Below are positions 25,701 to 38,900 of a stretch of DNA of 64,000 nt, piece after piece. The position numbers and the translations under genes are program-made. The notes under the pieces were generated by a model. It was given only the letters and a program-made list of their open reading frames with translations, did not search any database and was not told the origin of the DNA. The stretch is from Utricularia gibba (taxonomy: Eukaryota; Plantae; Magnoliophyta), in assembly GCA_002189035.1 (NCBI GenBank), contig NEEC01000008.1, forward strand, positions 248,001 to 312,000, given 5' to 3'. How positions within the stretch are numbered: position 1 is the stretch's first letter; every line of letters begins with the position of its first letter.

Positions 25701-26879
25701 AACGAAATCTATCTTTATATGCTTAAATAACACATAATAAATAAATAATATTTAGTTAAAATAATACAAAACTGGCTTTATATTTTTACCTTTGAAATCT
25801 TCAAACTTCATTAGACAAAGCAAGTTGGGATTCCATTTCAGAAAATTGTGAAAAAAAGTTCTCATGTTTTCAATGTCAAAATCTTAGTTTTGCCCATATT
25901 GATGAATACCTTTAACGCATGCTTTTTACAACTTATAATTTTTAGAAACATTGAACATCACATTTTACACTAATTAAATGTTTTAAGAGAGAAAAAGTGT
26001 TTTGTATATTTTTCAAGTATTTTTTATTAATTTGAGAAAAAAAAATCAAGATCCAACAACTTATAGATTTAAGGGTGTAAGAGTTTGAGTCTAAGGGAAA
26101 ATACACGAATGGTCATTTTATCCAAGAATTAAAGCATAGATAAAGATTTAAAAATAATCTGAAAATATTTAGATATTTGGATAAAAAATAGATAAAAGAT
26201 CTTATTCAAACTCATTTCCCAAGCTTAATAAAAGATTTAAATATTTTTTCTTATAAATAACTCATTCTCTCAATAATTGGAAACTTCTTTTGACTACTTT
26301 TTATTATTATTGATATTTTTTGGGTTAATATTTATGATAAAAAAGTCAAGTATGTGAGTCTAGGTGCTTGCACCTACTGATATATAGTTTAACCTTATTT
26401 TCTGAGATTTTTATTTTATCTTTTGAAATGTTTCATTTGTCAATATGCTCTTGATTCTTATAAAATATTACAAGAATGAGAACTGTGCAAGAATGAGAAG
26501 CATTTCACTATTATCAAAGTATGGATTGCTAGAAACACAATGTTGTGGTCCAAAATCTATAAATGAGAAATATCCGATTTTTGGGATGAAATCAGTGTTT
26601 TTGTGTCCAATTTGGTGATTTAGGGGAGATTTTGTATAATGATAAAAGCGATAAAGGAGGCCAGAAATTTTTATGTGAAAATTACCGTAATAAAAAACCA
26701 CAAAGCTGGGAAAGCTAACGATAAAAGCGGTTTCACTGAAAAGAAGAGAGAAAATTACCAAGGGCGTAGTGAATGCAGAATGTAAAATGTCTCTCTTTTG
26801 CATTGAGCTTCTATTTATAGGGTAACCCTGGCTTACCGATTCTAATAGAGTAAATTGCTTTATCCGCGTAGTAGGATTT

Positions 26880-27099
26880 GCTAGTCTCACTTCTGATTCT
26901 ACTTACAGATAACAGTTGGCTATTCTGAACCCCTGCAAGTAAATTTCTTTTTAGACTATGTTAAAACATTTGGGATCTAATGCTATCCTTTTCCTCTGCT
27001 AGTCTCACTTCTAATTCTACTTACAGATAACCATTGTCTATTCTGAACCCCTGGTTTAGACTATGTTAAAACAACTGGGATCTAATGCTATCCTTTTCC
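26880..27099. repeat. Imperfect tandem duplication of about 110 bp
   Basis: GCTAGTCTCACTTCT(G/A)ATTCTACTTACAGATAAC...TTAGACTATGTTAAAACA..TGGGATCTAATGCTATCCTTTTCC at 26880-26994 and 26998-27099. Confidence 0.85.
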
Positions 27100-27554
27100 A
27101 GTCCCCTGCAGGTGCGTGCCTGGTTTATCGAATGCCTTGGATCGATTTATATGTGTAGACTGCTATATTGCTTGTAGTCCGGTTTGTTGTTTCTACTCCA
27201 TTCTATAACCGATTTACATCCCATAGTCAATTTAAGCAATATCCATCCAATCTACATAGGTGTCCAATTTAACGTTTTGTTTCCTATTTTGTCTTTATAC
27301 CTTCTCTATACAACATATTGATTTTCACCACCATCACACAAGATTTTTTTTCATTGCTCTTTAGTTAGTTGCTTCTCAAAATCACATTATCCATTATGTG
27401 AATTACTATCACCTCTTGGTGGTAAAACATACACTTTATATTATCTATTTAATTTTTTAAAAATGAAGGTTATTGTGATCTAAATAAGTTGGGCACATTT
27501 TTTAAAACCTTCCCAATTCTTGATTTATTTATATGCAAAAAAATTCATGACTGA

Positions 27555-28894
27555 TGATGACACACATTTTCTTTGAATTTTATAATGCAAAATAATTATA
27601 TTTTATTATGGTTTAGGTTAGGTATATGTGGTTTTTCATGTTTCATGTATGTTTATGTTAATTTTGTGTCTTTATATTAAAAAGTGGACTAAATCATTTG
27701 ATTTAGTCCACCACCTTTGTTACTAATGTTCAACTCAGTTCAGCAAGGAGATTGGCAGAAAAATCAGACTTACAAACGTGTGGAACAATTAGAGAAGGGC
27801 ACAACTTCCAAAGAGAAACAAAGAGTACTGTTCTGCTGCCTGCAGTCTGCAAGTTCAGGCCGAGAACTGGTGTCAGGAACAGTTCGTTGGAGTAAAGAAG
27901 GGGAGATATTTTTCAAAAAAGAGGAGAGCGGGAACGAGAAGACAAAGCGCAGAGTGCACGAGGGGGCTTCTCCTCTAAAGCGAAAAATACCAACGAGAAG
28001 AGGAGAAGGGGGGGCTTCATCATCAAGGGCAACACTAGAGCCCAATTCAGCGCTACTATTCCAGACCGTGAATAGTAGCAACTGGGCGACAGAACCATCT
28101 TTAATTTCTTTCCGTTTACTGAGCGTTTAGAGTTTCTGTATCTGACTTGCTTGCAATGCTTCTGTTATTTTCAACACATTATCTAAATGAAATGATGTCT
28201 TATTTTCCAAACATTAGTAGCTAAAGCCTGAAAGATGCCTTAAGGTAAAGTATAGTGGTGTGGATCTAGGGTTAATGGTATAATTTATGTTTCATTCCAT
28301 AGGTAGATCTAAATAGGGGGACAAATAACTTCGCAATTAAGATGCTTGATTTAGAGGTAGACCTATAAATCAAGGTGGACGCAATCGGTGTTAGTCCTGG
28401 GTAGAATAGGGTAGACCTAGTTCTATATGCTTTGCATGCGGGTAGACCTTATTGCAATGTTGGTCATGATATTGGAGACTAGCTTAACCAAAAATATGTT
28501 GAATGACTTTTGTAGACTTATGTTATTTAAGGTTGTGAGTGTAGGAACATGGTAAATTAAATTAGGCACTTTAGCACCACACCACCTATAGACCCTTAAG
28601 GCATCTTCGCATTAGCCTGTGTTAAAACTAGTATCTGTTATTTTCAGCATTGAGACGATCTTGTTTATTGAACTTGTTTACCTCTTTTAGTCCGAGCTTA
28701 GACTACGACCTATAGTTATTCCAAATTATGCATCTACTAAAATATTTAGCAAGCACAAGCTCCTTGTGATCGACCCCGAAATCCATTATACAAGTTTTCT
28801 AAATTTGTATTTTGTGTAAATTAGGGCTTATAAATTTATTTAATTCAGAAATTTGCTTTTATTGCAACTACATTGTTAGAATTTTCGTTTATCA
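27555..28894 (+). mobile_element. Solo LTR 2 (same family), 1340 bp
   Basis: Ends TGATGACAC...GTTTATCA; TSD ACTGA at 27550-27554 and 28895-28899; motif CAAGCACAAGCTCCTTGTGATCGACCCCG at about 28750. Confidence 0.88.
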
Positions 28895-29699
28895 ACTGAT
28901 AGCATGTAAAATTGAATGACTTATGGTGAGATATTTCTAACACAATATATTTGATGTCGTACTGTGCATGGTAAACTTCTATTCAAATTTACATCTTGTG
29001 GATTGAGAATATGTATTGAGGATTATGAAGATTCTTTTATATCTAATGTATGAAAAGAGTAAGTATGATATGGAAAGAATAATATTATCTATATCTTATG
29101 TTAAGAAAATATTCTTTCATAGAAGTTATTCTCTTCTTATCTTATAAGTCATTTCTATTGAGTTCTTTAATATTGTTTGTGATAATAATTCTACAAGTAT
29201 ACAAAAATTATCGAAATAATAAATAAATACAATCTATACAAAAAATTGATACTCTAGTATTTTTTGTAAAGAGATTAAAAATAGGTAACAATAAAATAAA
29301 ATAGTAGATTCAAATCAAAAATCCACCAATACAATAAACTGTATCTATGTATATGTTAAATGTCAAGAACAGACTTATTTGTATGTATTTTGGAAATGCT
29401 ACTTTAAAATATGACTATTCATTAATATTATCTTTCATTTAATTTGATGATAAAATAAATCGCGATAGTCTGTTTATTTAAACTTTTGTGATAACTCATA
29501 TTTTCTCAAGATTCTATCTTAATCGTTACAAGTCACATACTCTTAAATATTATGCCAAATATACCTTGACAAAGATATTCAATTGAACTCCTCTATTTAA
29601 TTTCTTGAGAATAATATTGGATTTTTCTATATTTCCTTATGGCTTGAGTTTAGAAATGAAAATTACTAAATTTTTGCTGCTCCTATAGTGACCAGACTG

Positions 29700-30730
29700 A
29701 GACACACAGAAAAAAAGAGAAAAAAATAGGGGTGCCAAAGGTAAGGATGTTTGGCGGAACCGTGGTTAACACCACACATGAGGTTTTGTAATCCAAATAT
29801 TCTTCCCCAAAGGGGGGACCTCTATCTGAAAAAAAAAAAAGAGAAAAGAGAGAAAGAGGTCTTGAGTCACTATACTGTATGTTCTTTGGTGTTTTTGCCT
29901 TAATGATGTAGTTTATAAGTAGTCATTGGTTAAATCTTTACCTGATGCATGCGAACTTAAGTGGCTTGCCTTAATTTGATTGAAGGACAGGAAAAGAATT
30001 GGATTAAACGCCTGCTGTAGGATGAATGTACCTTAGTAATGCATCATGACTTAGGTTTTACTTTTTTCGTGGACTGCTATAATTTTCATACTTGAGGACA
30101 AGCATGATTTAAGTGTGGGGAATATGTTAAGTGTCATTTTCTAGTTAATTATTAGGTATTATTATGTGTTAATTATGTATGAAGTCGCCCAAATTAGGAG
30201 TTTTATTATTAAGTATTTGATTTTTACTAGAAAATTCCTATTTTCTCATTTTGTGTATATTTTATGTCTTTTTTCTCACACTTTGACCGAGACAAGTCAG
30301 GAGACTGTCATAGAGTGTTGCAGGAGTATTGCAGGTGGTCAGACTTTGAGTTTTCGTGCCTTGTACACGAGTTGGAATGATTGTGGGCGGAAGACTGACA
30401 CTGGTGAAGGCCCATGACTTACGGCATGTCAGAGTCTGCAGCAATGATTGGGTGCTAACTTGCACGCAAAGAAAGGCTGATGGCACACACAAGACAGAAG
30501 AAATGATGGGAAGGGGACCCAAAGGAGTTAATGCACGTGGGAAGTCATATAAAAGACATTTGGAACACTTAGTTTGGGACTTTTGAACATTTTCCCTTGT
30601 ACTTAGAACTTTTGAGTTCTTCCTCCTGAACACTTAGTTTTTTTTCGTTTCTGTTTCTATGGCCCTTTCGGGCTAAAAAACTTTAGTTTCTGGGAAGTAG
30701 ATGAAGTTTCCTTTCAAGTCTTGAGCAATA
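29700..30730 (+). mobile_element. Athila-like Gypsy 3' internal region with polypurine tract and truncated 3' LTR
   Basis: CTTGAGGACAAGCATGATTTAAGTGTGGGG (30091-30120) matches the Athila-type sequence found before the 3' LTR, followed by TG at 30125. No closing CA or TSD found. Confidence 0.6.
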
Positions 30731-30853
30731 TACTCGATTCTTCACTGAATTCAATTTGGATTCCGCATACTTCCACGCATCTTGTTGCAGTTTTTCTGTA
30801 ACGACTCTTTCGATCAAATTGAAGACTTGAAGAATTGGTGAATCCCTGGGGCC

Positions 30854-30907
30854 TGCAAGTTTTAGTGGAATTTGTTTCGTTATCCCTTGATTCCACTAAA
30901 ACTTGCA
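30854..30907. repeat. Perfect 18-bp inverted repeat with an 18-nt loop
   Basis: TGCAAGTTTTAGTGGAAT (30854-30871) and ATTCCACTAAAACTTGCA (30890-30907). Confidence 0.9.
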
Positions 30908-32580
30908 CTGGAGAACCGAGCATTCTTTGTTCAAGTAAGTGTGGCGTGTATTTTAGGCCCCATACGCGTGCCTACTGGCAACCTTACTGCTGCCACAAGG
31001 GGCCATAGTATTGAAAAACTAGGACCCTGGTCTCAGATATTGCCTCCTCCATGATTGAAGTAGCTGTCTCAGAACTGCCTTCTTGAGAGCACAATGTCCC
31101 TGTGGAGGGAGTGATCTGGGTTTTTTTTTTTTTTTTGTAATGCTTCTTAACCTTTCATTGTTCTTAAATGGATATCTTTAGGATATGCTTCCATAAGTTA
31201 TCCGCAGCATACTTTGTAGGTGGTGAATCTTTAGTTTTACATATTTAACTGCAGGTTTTACACTGCTATTTGAACGCCAAGTTAAGTAATGTTTCACTGA
31301 TTTTTCTCTGTACTACTACAAATATGGGATGAATGGAATGTTCAAAATAAAATGCACTCAGTTAAGCTGATAGATGAAGCTAGATGACGAGGAGTTTATC
31401 TGAAACAGGAAATTGAGAATAGAAACACTCCACATGATTGAACGATGTTGTGACAGAACCCTGGATAATGCACGATGTGTGTCTGTTCCCATTTCTGGTG
31501 GCGGGGAAGAAAGCAGGCTGGTACATGTTTGTTTTTAAATACCTTTGTTTCAATTTGAATAAGAACAGCTATCAGGAGATGTAAGAAATGGGGCAGGGAC
31601 TGTCCCCACCACAAGAAAAAACTTACTAATCAGGTATGGAGCATCTGTGTCTTTCACCTTCTTACAGGGAGAAATGTGTTCCCCTGATATTCTGACAATG
31701 GTTTTGGGGGTATTAGACATCACGTGGATGGTGTCTTTGGTGTCGAGGTAAAATGCATTGAATAATCAGGTTTTGCGCGGAAGATGAAAGTGCCTGATTG
31801 CAACAAGGCGTTTGCATTTTGATTGTTCCTGTAACAACTTTCATTTTCCTCCCGCAAAACTCTCCAACTGACAGGTGCACTTATTTCTATCTTCACACAG
31901 TATAAATTCTCCACATGGTCTAATTATTGTTTGTCCCACTCTGGCCTTTTATAATACATCTATCTTCTGAGTAGAAATGCTTTCCTTTTTTATATACGTA
32001 GGCTTGTGTAGATTTATGATTGGGGCCATCTTTGATAGAGATTAAACTATGGTAGTGGTTTATCCGTTCATATTAGCTCTCACAAGGGCTCTCCTCCTTT
32101 ATCCGTTGAAATCTGGGGACTCCTTGCAAGCTTCCAATGAGACATTTACTTTGATTGAACAACCATCAACCCCAAGGAAAATGAAGCACACATTAAATGG
32201 TGCTGTCCTGCTACTCTAATCGGTGTGTGTTGCAGAATGTGTGCGCGACCGGGGAGGAATCTCGTGCATGCCCTTGACTGTTTGGTGCCGTACCATTATT
32301 TTTAAAAAAACATGTTTTTCTTTTTTACCGTCCCAGTGAAAGAAGCCTTCCAGGACATTGATGTCCATGTATCCAGCATCGATGAGTCGGGTTATTTGGG
32401 AATACAGCCCAAAGTAGATGAAACTAATGGCTTGCGTACATGAACTTGATATACAATTTCGGGTAGTGGTTGTCCACATTCTGTGGATACATAAGGAGGC
32501 ATAGGCTCACTACTTCTCTTACTATAATATTGTTCTGTTTCTCTTCATCAGTTCAATCACTTGTTCTTCTCATAGCAATA

Positions 32581-33117
32581 ATGACCACAAGAAGAGCAAG
32601 TTCCAGGCAGCCTGCTCATGTGTCCAGGGTCAACGAACAACATATCATGGATCTCCTCTCTAGATTGCAGCAAACCCTCCCGCAGATCCACAGCCACCGC
32701 TCCCGACGCTCAGACAAGGTGAAGTGAAACCTTTTTCAAATATCGCACTAGCTATGTTCTTAGATTTTGACAAAATCTTATTCTTCTCAAAGTTTCCATT
32801 TTTTTTTCTTTCTTGGTTTTCATGCACCTCTCACTTTGCGGGTGGGACTCATTGTCGCCCAAGTTGCTACAAGCGTGTTTTAAGTGTATCAAAAGTTTCT
32901 CCTTTCTCGACTTAAATGGTTGGTGCTTGAATACCAAGTCCAGAAACCAAATGTCCAGGTTTCGGCTTCAAGAGTGGTGCATGAGGCGTGCAGCTACATC
33001 AGAAGCCTGCAACGTGAAGCGGGTGAACTGAGCCAGCGGTTGTCGTGCGTGTTGGCGTCTAAAGACGTGGAAAGCGATGAAGCAGTCGTGGCCAGGAGCT
33101 CACTGATGAGAGATTAG
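32581..33117 (+). CDS. PRE/ILI-type non-DNA-binding HLH protein; exons 32581-32718 and 32959-33117; 98 aa
   Basis: MTTRRASSRQ..VNEQHIMDLLSRLQQTLPQIH..RRSDK|VSASRVVHEACSYIRSLQREAGELSQRLS; a phase-0 intron at the conserved DK|VSAS position. Confidence 0.9.
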
Positions 33118-34744
33118 ATAACTTCCATGGCAGATTCTGCCTCTTTCTTGTAGCATCACCTCGGGGTTCTTTTTTGTGTCAATCAAATTTCCGTGGAAAT
33201 AATCCAACAGATCCGAGCCTTATGCATTAACCCAAAAGAAGATCTGGCAAAATGGAATCTGGAAACCTTGTGACTCTTTCTTGGAGCCTGGAGTGGTGAA
33301 AGAGGTGATCGATCAGCTGGCGAAGGTTCCCTGTTGGGTTGGGCCGATTCAATACACGAGTCATTGTAAAGCTTTCGTTTGGGCCTGAACCGTCTATCAT
33401 TAACAAACCGACACTGTGTTCGCAGGCTGTGAAGCAGCAAGTGTGCTCTGCTTCATTGACAAATGGCGTTTTCCGGATTCTCAAAAAGCGAAGGATGAAG
33501 TTGGGTAATACGGAAACCTGAAGGAGAGTGGTTAGCAAGTTGCGCTCAAGTGGAAGAAAAGGGTGAAATAGTGATGTCAGCCAAGAGGCTGCTGTCACAT
33601 GGGCTTTTCCTTCTTTGTCATTAACTCGCTGTGCATTGAATTGAATCAAGTGGAGTGGGAATATAATCCGTACTTGTCTGCTGCTTGTCTGTTTAAATGA
33701 ATTATGCTCTCTACTCACTTTTCAGTCTTTCTTCTTATATCTTGGTATTGTGTTTAGTTGTTGAAACCAATTTAAGTATCCAACGAACTTGGTGAGATGG
33801 TTTGAGCGGGATATGAGTGCATACGCGTACTGCACTGTACTGTGCAAAGGGAAGGAAGGTGAAGACAAGGGACAAAAATGAAGGGGCCCCTCTAAGAAAA
33901 GCAGGTATATGAAGGAAAACCAAGCAAATGCAGAGGAAAAAGACAGTTGGAGGGGGCCGCCATTACACGAACCACAAAAGCTGGGCTACCCCTGCAAACA
34001 GATTCCTTTCCAATACAAGGGATGAGAATGCATTTCTGATTAAAAAATGGTTTATACTCAATTTTGTGGGGAATGGTTTCAGGGAAGGTGAAGGTGGTTT
34101 GGCCTCAGGCACGATGGCTGTCGGTGGATTAGTTGGCAAGCCAAACCCCTCTCTTTGTAATCCACACATATCTCCATATGGGGTTATGTCCTGTGGTAAT
34201 TTATCTTCTATTAGATTTTCCCTAACGGATCTTGAATGTGTTTGGCACTAGATGCATTCATTATTCCATGCAGAGAGGCACACGAGTTGAATGAGTTTGT
34301 TGGATTAGACCCATGGTGACAATGAGTGAAGTTGGTCAAGACATCCGGTTTAGAGCTGAAAAGGACATGTCATCCTGAATTGAATGAGGTCACATTACTT
34401 TTTTCTTCTTACAAATGCTTCACCTTTAATCATCTTCATGCTGCTAATGAATTATCCGAATAACTTGATGAGGCTGCTGTGGTATATATCCACCAGAGGA
34501 ATGAATGCGTCTCTCTCCCAGGCCAACTCAGAGCATTATAATATGGTTTTCTGTGTTTCGTGTAGGACAAAAAACGATGGCCCTTTTCTTTGGTTCTTGG
34601 GATATAATATTCACTCCAATCGTGACCATTTCTTCTTGCATCACTCTTCAGAACTGGCACGATGGGTAGATCATCTTAAGACGAATTGTTCATCGATTAG
34701 TGCTGATTCAACTTCAAGATCAGTCGTTTCTCGGGGTAAAAAAG

Positions 34745-35910
34745 ATGGCCTTCTTCCAGTCCAATTTCATCCTGCAATCCACTCGTGAAGATGAGCAGAA
34801 TCTCCCATCCACATCTCTTGCGCCTCTGCTTTCTCCATGTGCTCCTCTGGAGTTTCAAGGTAACTAAAGTACTCATTTCTGTCCATCATCACCTGAAGAG
34901 AGGAATCTAATGATTACACGATTCTGCACTGCCTTTGGAGGCGTTTTGACCGTTCATGAATCTACATGTTTTTGGTTTATACTTTGGCAAAAGAAAGTAG
35001 GAGAAAAGCTGCTGAAAGTCGTTTCCTTTCTTCCGCATGATGGGTCCCATCAATCTTGTTCATGATTTCAGTAGGTGTGAGTTCACAGTTTTGGAAGAGA
35101 TCCATGTCATTTCCAGCAGCAGGAGCTGAGTTGTGCGAAGAAATGGCTCACAACAGTCATGGGGAAGATGAGTTATCTGATGATGGATCTCAGCTTGGGG
35201 AGAAAAAGAGGAGACTCAACGTTGAGCAAGTGAAAACGCTGGAGAAAAATTTCGAGTTGGGAACGAAGCTCGAACCGGAGCGGAAAATGAGGCTTGCTCG
35301 AGATCTCGGGCTGCAGCCACGCCAAGTAGCTATCTGGTTTCAAAACAGAAGGGCAAGATGGAAAATTAAGCAACTTGAGAAAGATTATGATATCCTCAAG
35401 AGGCAGTTGAAGGCAACCAAGGCTGAAAATGATGCTCTTCAGGCACAGAACCAGAGGCTTCATGGCGAGGTAAGAACCATTTCAGAAAATAACATTCTCT
35501 TGTTTTGAAAAAGGGGGTTACTGGTACTTATATTCGGCCATTGTGATTTGCTACGCTAGATATTGGCACTGAAGAATAGGGAGTCAAATGAATCTATTAA
35601 TCTGAATAACAAAACAGAGGGTTCACCCAGCAGCAGAAGTGAAAACAGTTCAGAAGTGAAGCTGGAGATTTCTAGAAATCCGGACATCGACAGCCCCATT
35701 ACCGCTTCGCGGCCTGGGCTATTTCCATCTTCAGTTTTGCGGCACAATGCTATCGAACAGCTCTTCCAGACTGCGCCGAGGCCCGAAATGCACGCTGCCC
35801 CGAAAATGGATCACGCTGTCAAGGAAGAAAGTAGCTTCTGCAACATGCTTTGTGGGGTGGATGATCACACACCGTTCTGGCCGTGGATGGAGCACCACAA
35901 CTTCAGCTGA
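34745..35910 (+). CDS. HD-ZIP class I transcription factor (ATHB13/23 type); exons 34745-34859, 35075 (or 35072)-35469, 35560-35910
   Basis: [12 protein letters not shown]-terminus; homeodomain [33 protein letters not shown], leucine zipper, and C-terminal [12 protein letters not shown]. Both introns are GT-AG with matching phases. Confidence 0.94.
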
Positions 35911-38900
35911 ATCGCAGTTCAGCAGCCTGGTTTGTGAGAAGATGTTAATTAATTTTCCCTGTTCTTGATTCTTACATATAAGATTTCCGTACAAACTACA
36001 GAGTGGTGACGTTTCTGAGTGATGGGAGGAATATATAATGGTAAAGATGTTGTCTTTTGATCTATAACCCCAAGATGGCCGTAAGAACAAGCAGCATCTC
36101 CTTGGAAGATGAACTGCAGTTTTACCAATGAAAACTTGAGATGATGGTGAAAATGTAAGAATCTCAAGCACACGTTCCAATGGAGGGATGAGGACAAGAG
36201 GAGGGGCATCAGTCAGTCATCTCTCTTTCTTCTCTTGCTTGTTCTGACAAGTCACAATGACATGCGAGCGCACGCTGATGCACGGAATCTCCTTTTCATT
36301 CGTCCGCCATATTTGCCCACAAACCCGCATACAGACACTTCTCATGCGCAGAGTTGAGGGCATGATCTTCAAATCCAGAGACACAACGATTGTTTTTCAT
36401 GCTTTCACAGTCCAGTCACCCATCGCAATCTTCAGAAATGACACCACCATTAAGGAAAGAGGATGGCGAGGTTGATCGATCAGCCTGGGATCAGGTGCAT
36501 TGCTCCGACAAAAAGAACTGTGCTTGTCTAAAGACAAGCCTGGTACCTCCAACCTTTCAACTTCTATCCACGTGGTAAGCATCGATTGGCTGGAAACACA
36601 TGCCGATAGATATGACTGGCAAAAATTACTATACATCTCCCCCCTCCATGCTTGATAAAGGGTCATACTCTCAAAAACTTTTGAGAAATCAATATCTTTA
36701 ATATTTAAATTTAAAATAAATGAATAAAATAAGAAATACATTTTTTTATCTGTGTATTTATATATATATATATATTCATAATTATTGTTTTATTAATATT
36801 TTAAGACACAATAATAAATATAATATTTTTTCATGCATCATGTGATAGTATAATCGATATGCAACATTTTTTTAAGTTTATTTTTTTAAAAAATAAATGT
36901 TAATATTTTTGACATGTTCAATAACAAATAGTGTCTAATATACTTTAAGCATCGCTTCAAATAACAAGCAACATCCAAACAAGGTGTTATTATATCACTC
37001 TTTTGCAAAATTTGTAATTTGGTAGAGTATTGTAGTTTTGATCTTACAAAGAAGAAATCGACAACTAGATAATTACTTTAAAAAATATTTCATCATAAAT
37101 ATATTTTTAAAGGAAATACATTTGTTATTATCAAAGTATATTTTAGTATTTTCAATCTCGATTCATGGATGAAAATTAAAATTTTTGACATGATGCGATG
37201 TAGTATTGACTTTATAATAGAAAGACCAACAACTAGAAAGTTACTTCTAAAAAAATTCCATTGTGGATGCATTTTAGTTTGTATTGTTTATTAAAATTAT
37301 GTACTTGGATCATTGATGAATTCTTCTACTAATTAAAATAAGAAACCCCTCTAATACAATTGTCCTAGTACATAAAACTACATTTACTTATATTTTAGAG
37401 ACTTGCAAAGCTTCCATTGCTCATGTCCTTCTGTCATTGGAGATTTCTCTCATCAAAATGTTTCTGCATAGTTGCGTACATCATGTTTTATATAATCTTT
37501 CCAAAAATAGTCAAATGAATCTATCACTCTATAATGCATTGTCATCCTTTTGTGTAATGTTGTAAAAAATAAGGGAAACATTGCATTTTGTTTACCTATT
37601 AAATATGATAAAAAAATTCACACAAATGGATTCTAAGATAGTTGTATAAAGTATAAGTACATTATCTGATTTAGAAGTGACTGTTGCGGTGAATCATTGA
37701 TCAATAATGTATTACTAGCATTACAATGATAGTTGAAGGTTGTACCATCATTGCACATGCATTGCGAATCTTTAAATTTGATTGTGCTAAAACTTCCATT
37801 AATATATATTTATATGTTAGTGCACTTACTAATATCCTAACAAAACACTAAATCTTTATGATGGCAACTAGCAAGAATGAAATCGATTTTTTATGTACAA
37901 GTTCACTACAAAACAAACAAAGTTATTAATGCTTAAAACACACCAATGAATTATTCTTGTATAAACTTACTCTTTATGTGAGTACCAAATGGTAACATAA
38001 ACATTTCCATGTACCAATCTATAAATTTGCTACAAGTTGGTCTCAAATAAACTACAATGAAAAAATGAATATCATTAATGAACAAGTAGTTAGAGTGACA
38101 AAATCATACTATTTACTTACTCTGTGCTTGATGATGCAGTTAAGGCTTTCTTACTGTACATCATTTGTCTATGTACACAACATCTACTAGTAGATTATTA
38201 ATCTCTAACTTGATTAATTTCATAAGACTTAAAAGTATCAACATTCTTAATAATGAACATCGAATATCTTGCTTTGCATTGATAAATGGTTTTCCTCAAT
38301 TGTTTGACTTTCTTCTTGGCTTCCTCAAGCTCTAAATGCAATTATAAAACATTATTATCTTCCACTTCTTGTGGAGCAGGCGAACCTATAGTCTCCTCGT
38401 ATATTCCATGGTGTGGTGTATGTTGTTCCTTTGGATGAGCCTGCACTATTCTGATCTTACAAGGAGTGTCACATCAAATATATATTGCACCTCTAACATT
38501 TGAATTAGTAGTTCAATATCTCTCCATCACATGTCTTTTGCCACGAGCAATGTTTCAAGATATTTTTTGTCTTCTTCATCCAATAGTTGGATAACTTAAA
38601 ATACAAAAAGTTTTTATTTAAAAACATACAAAAATGTGATGAAAATAAAAAGATGCTTACAAAGTAAACATTTTTACCTATTGGTTTTTTAACATTTGAT
38701 GAGGTTGAAAGTTGTCGAGGTATTTTTATCCTCACATCTTCTAGTGGAGTGATCTATATGAAATTCCAATCTGGCCATGGAGCCTATTTGGTCACTAATA
38801 CTTCACATGTTGAGGCGATTTTGTCCTCATTTTTGAAGTGGTACCAATTTAATCCTCATTAAGTGAATGTAGTTTCACAGGCGTCCTTCAACTTTAAGTG

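Noticed and set aside
30890-30911. Calling the hairpin a MIR396 gene
   Set aside because: The central bases differ, the similar sequence lies on the 3' arm, and the stem is short. It is kept only as an unassigned hairpin.
33183-34788. ORFs 33227-33718, 33928-34251 and 34384-34788
   Set aside because: They fall in the HD-ZIP upstream region with no domains; the real exon 1 is in another frame from 34745.
36390-36578. Exon-like segment with an acceptor (TTCACAG) and a donor (GTAAGC)
   Set aside because: No partner exons or recognisable protein.
37300-38900. Possible FAR1/MULE C-terminal relics on the minus strand (zinc-knuckle-like RCNIYLM*HS)
   Set aside because: Too degenerate to support without a profile search.
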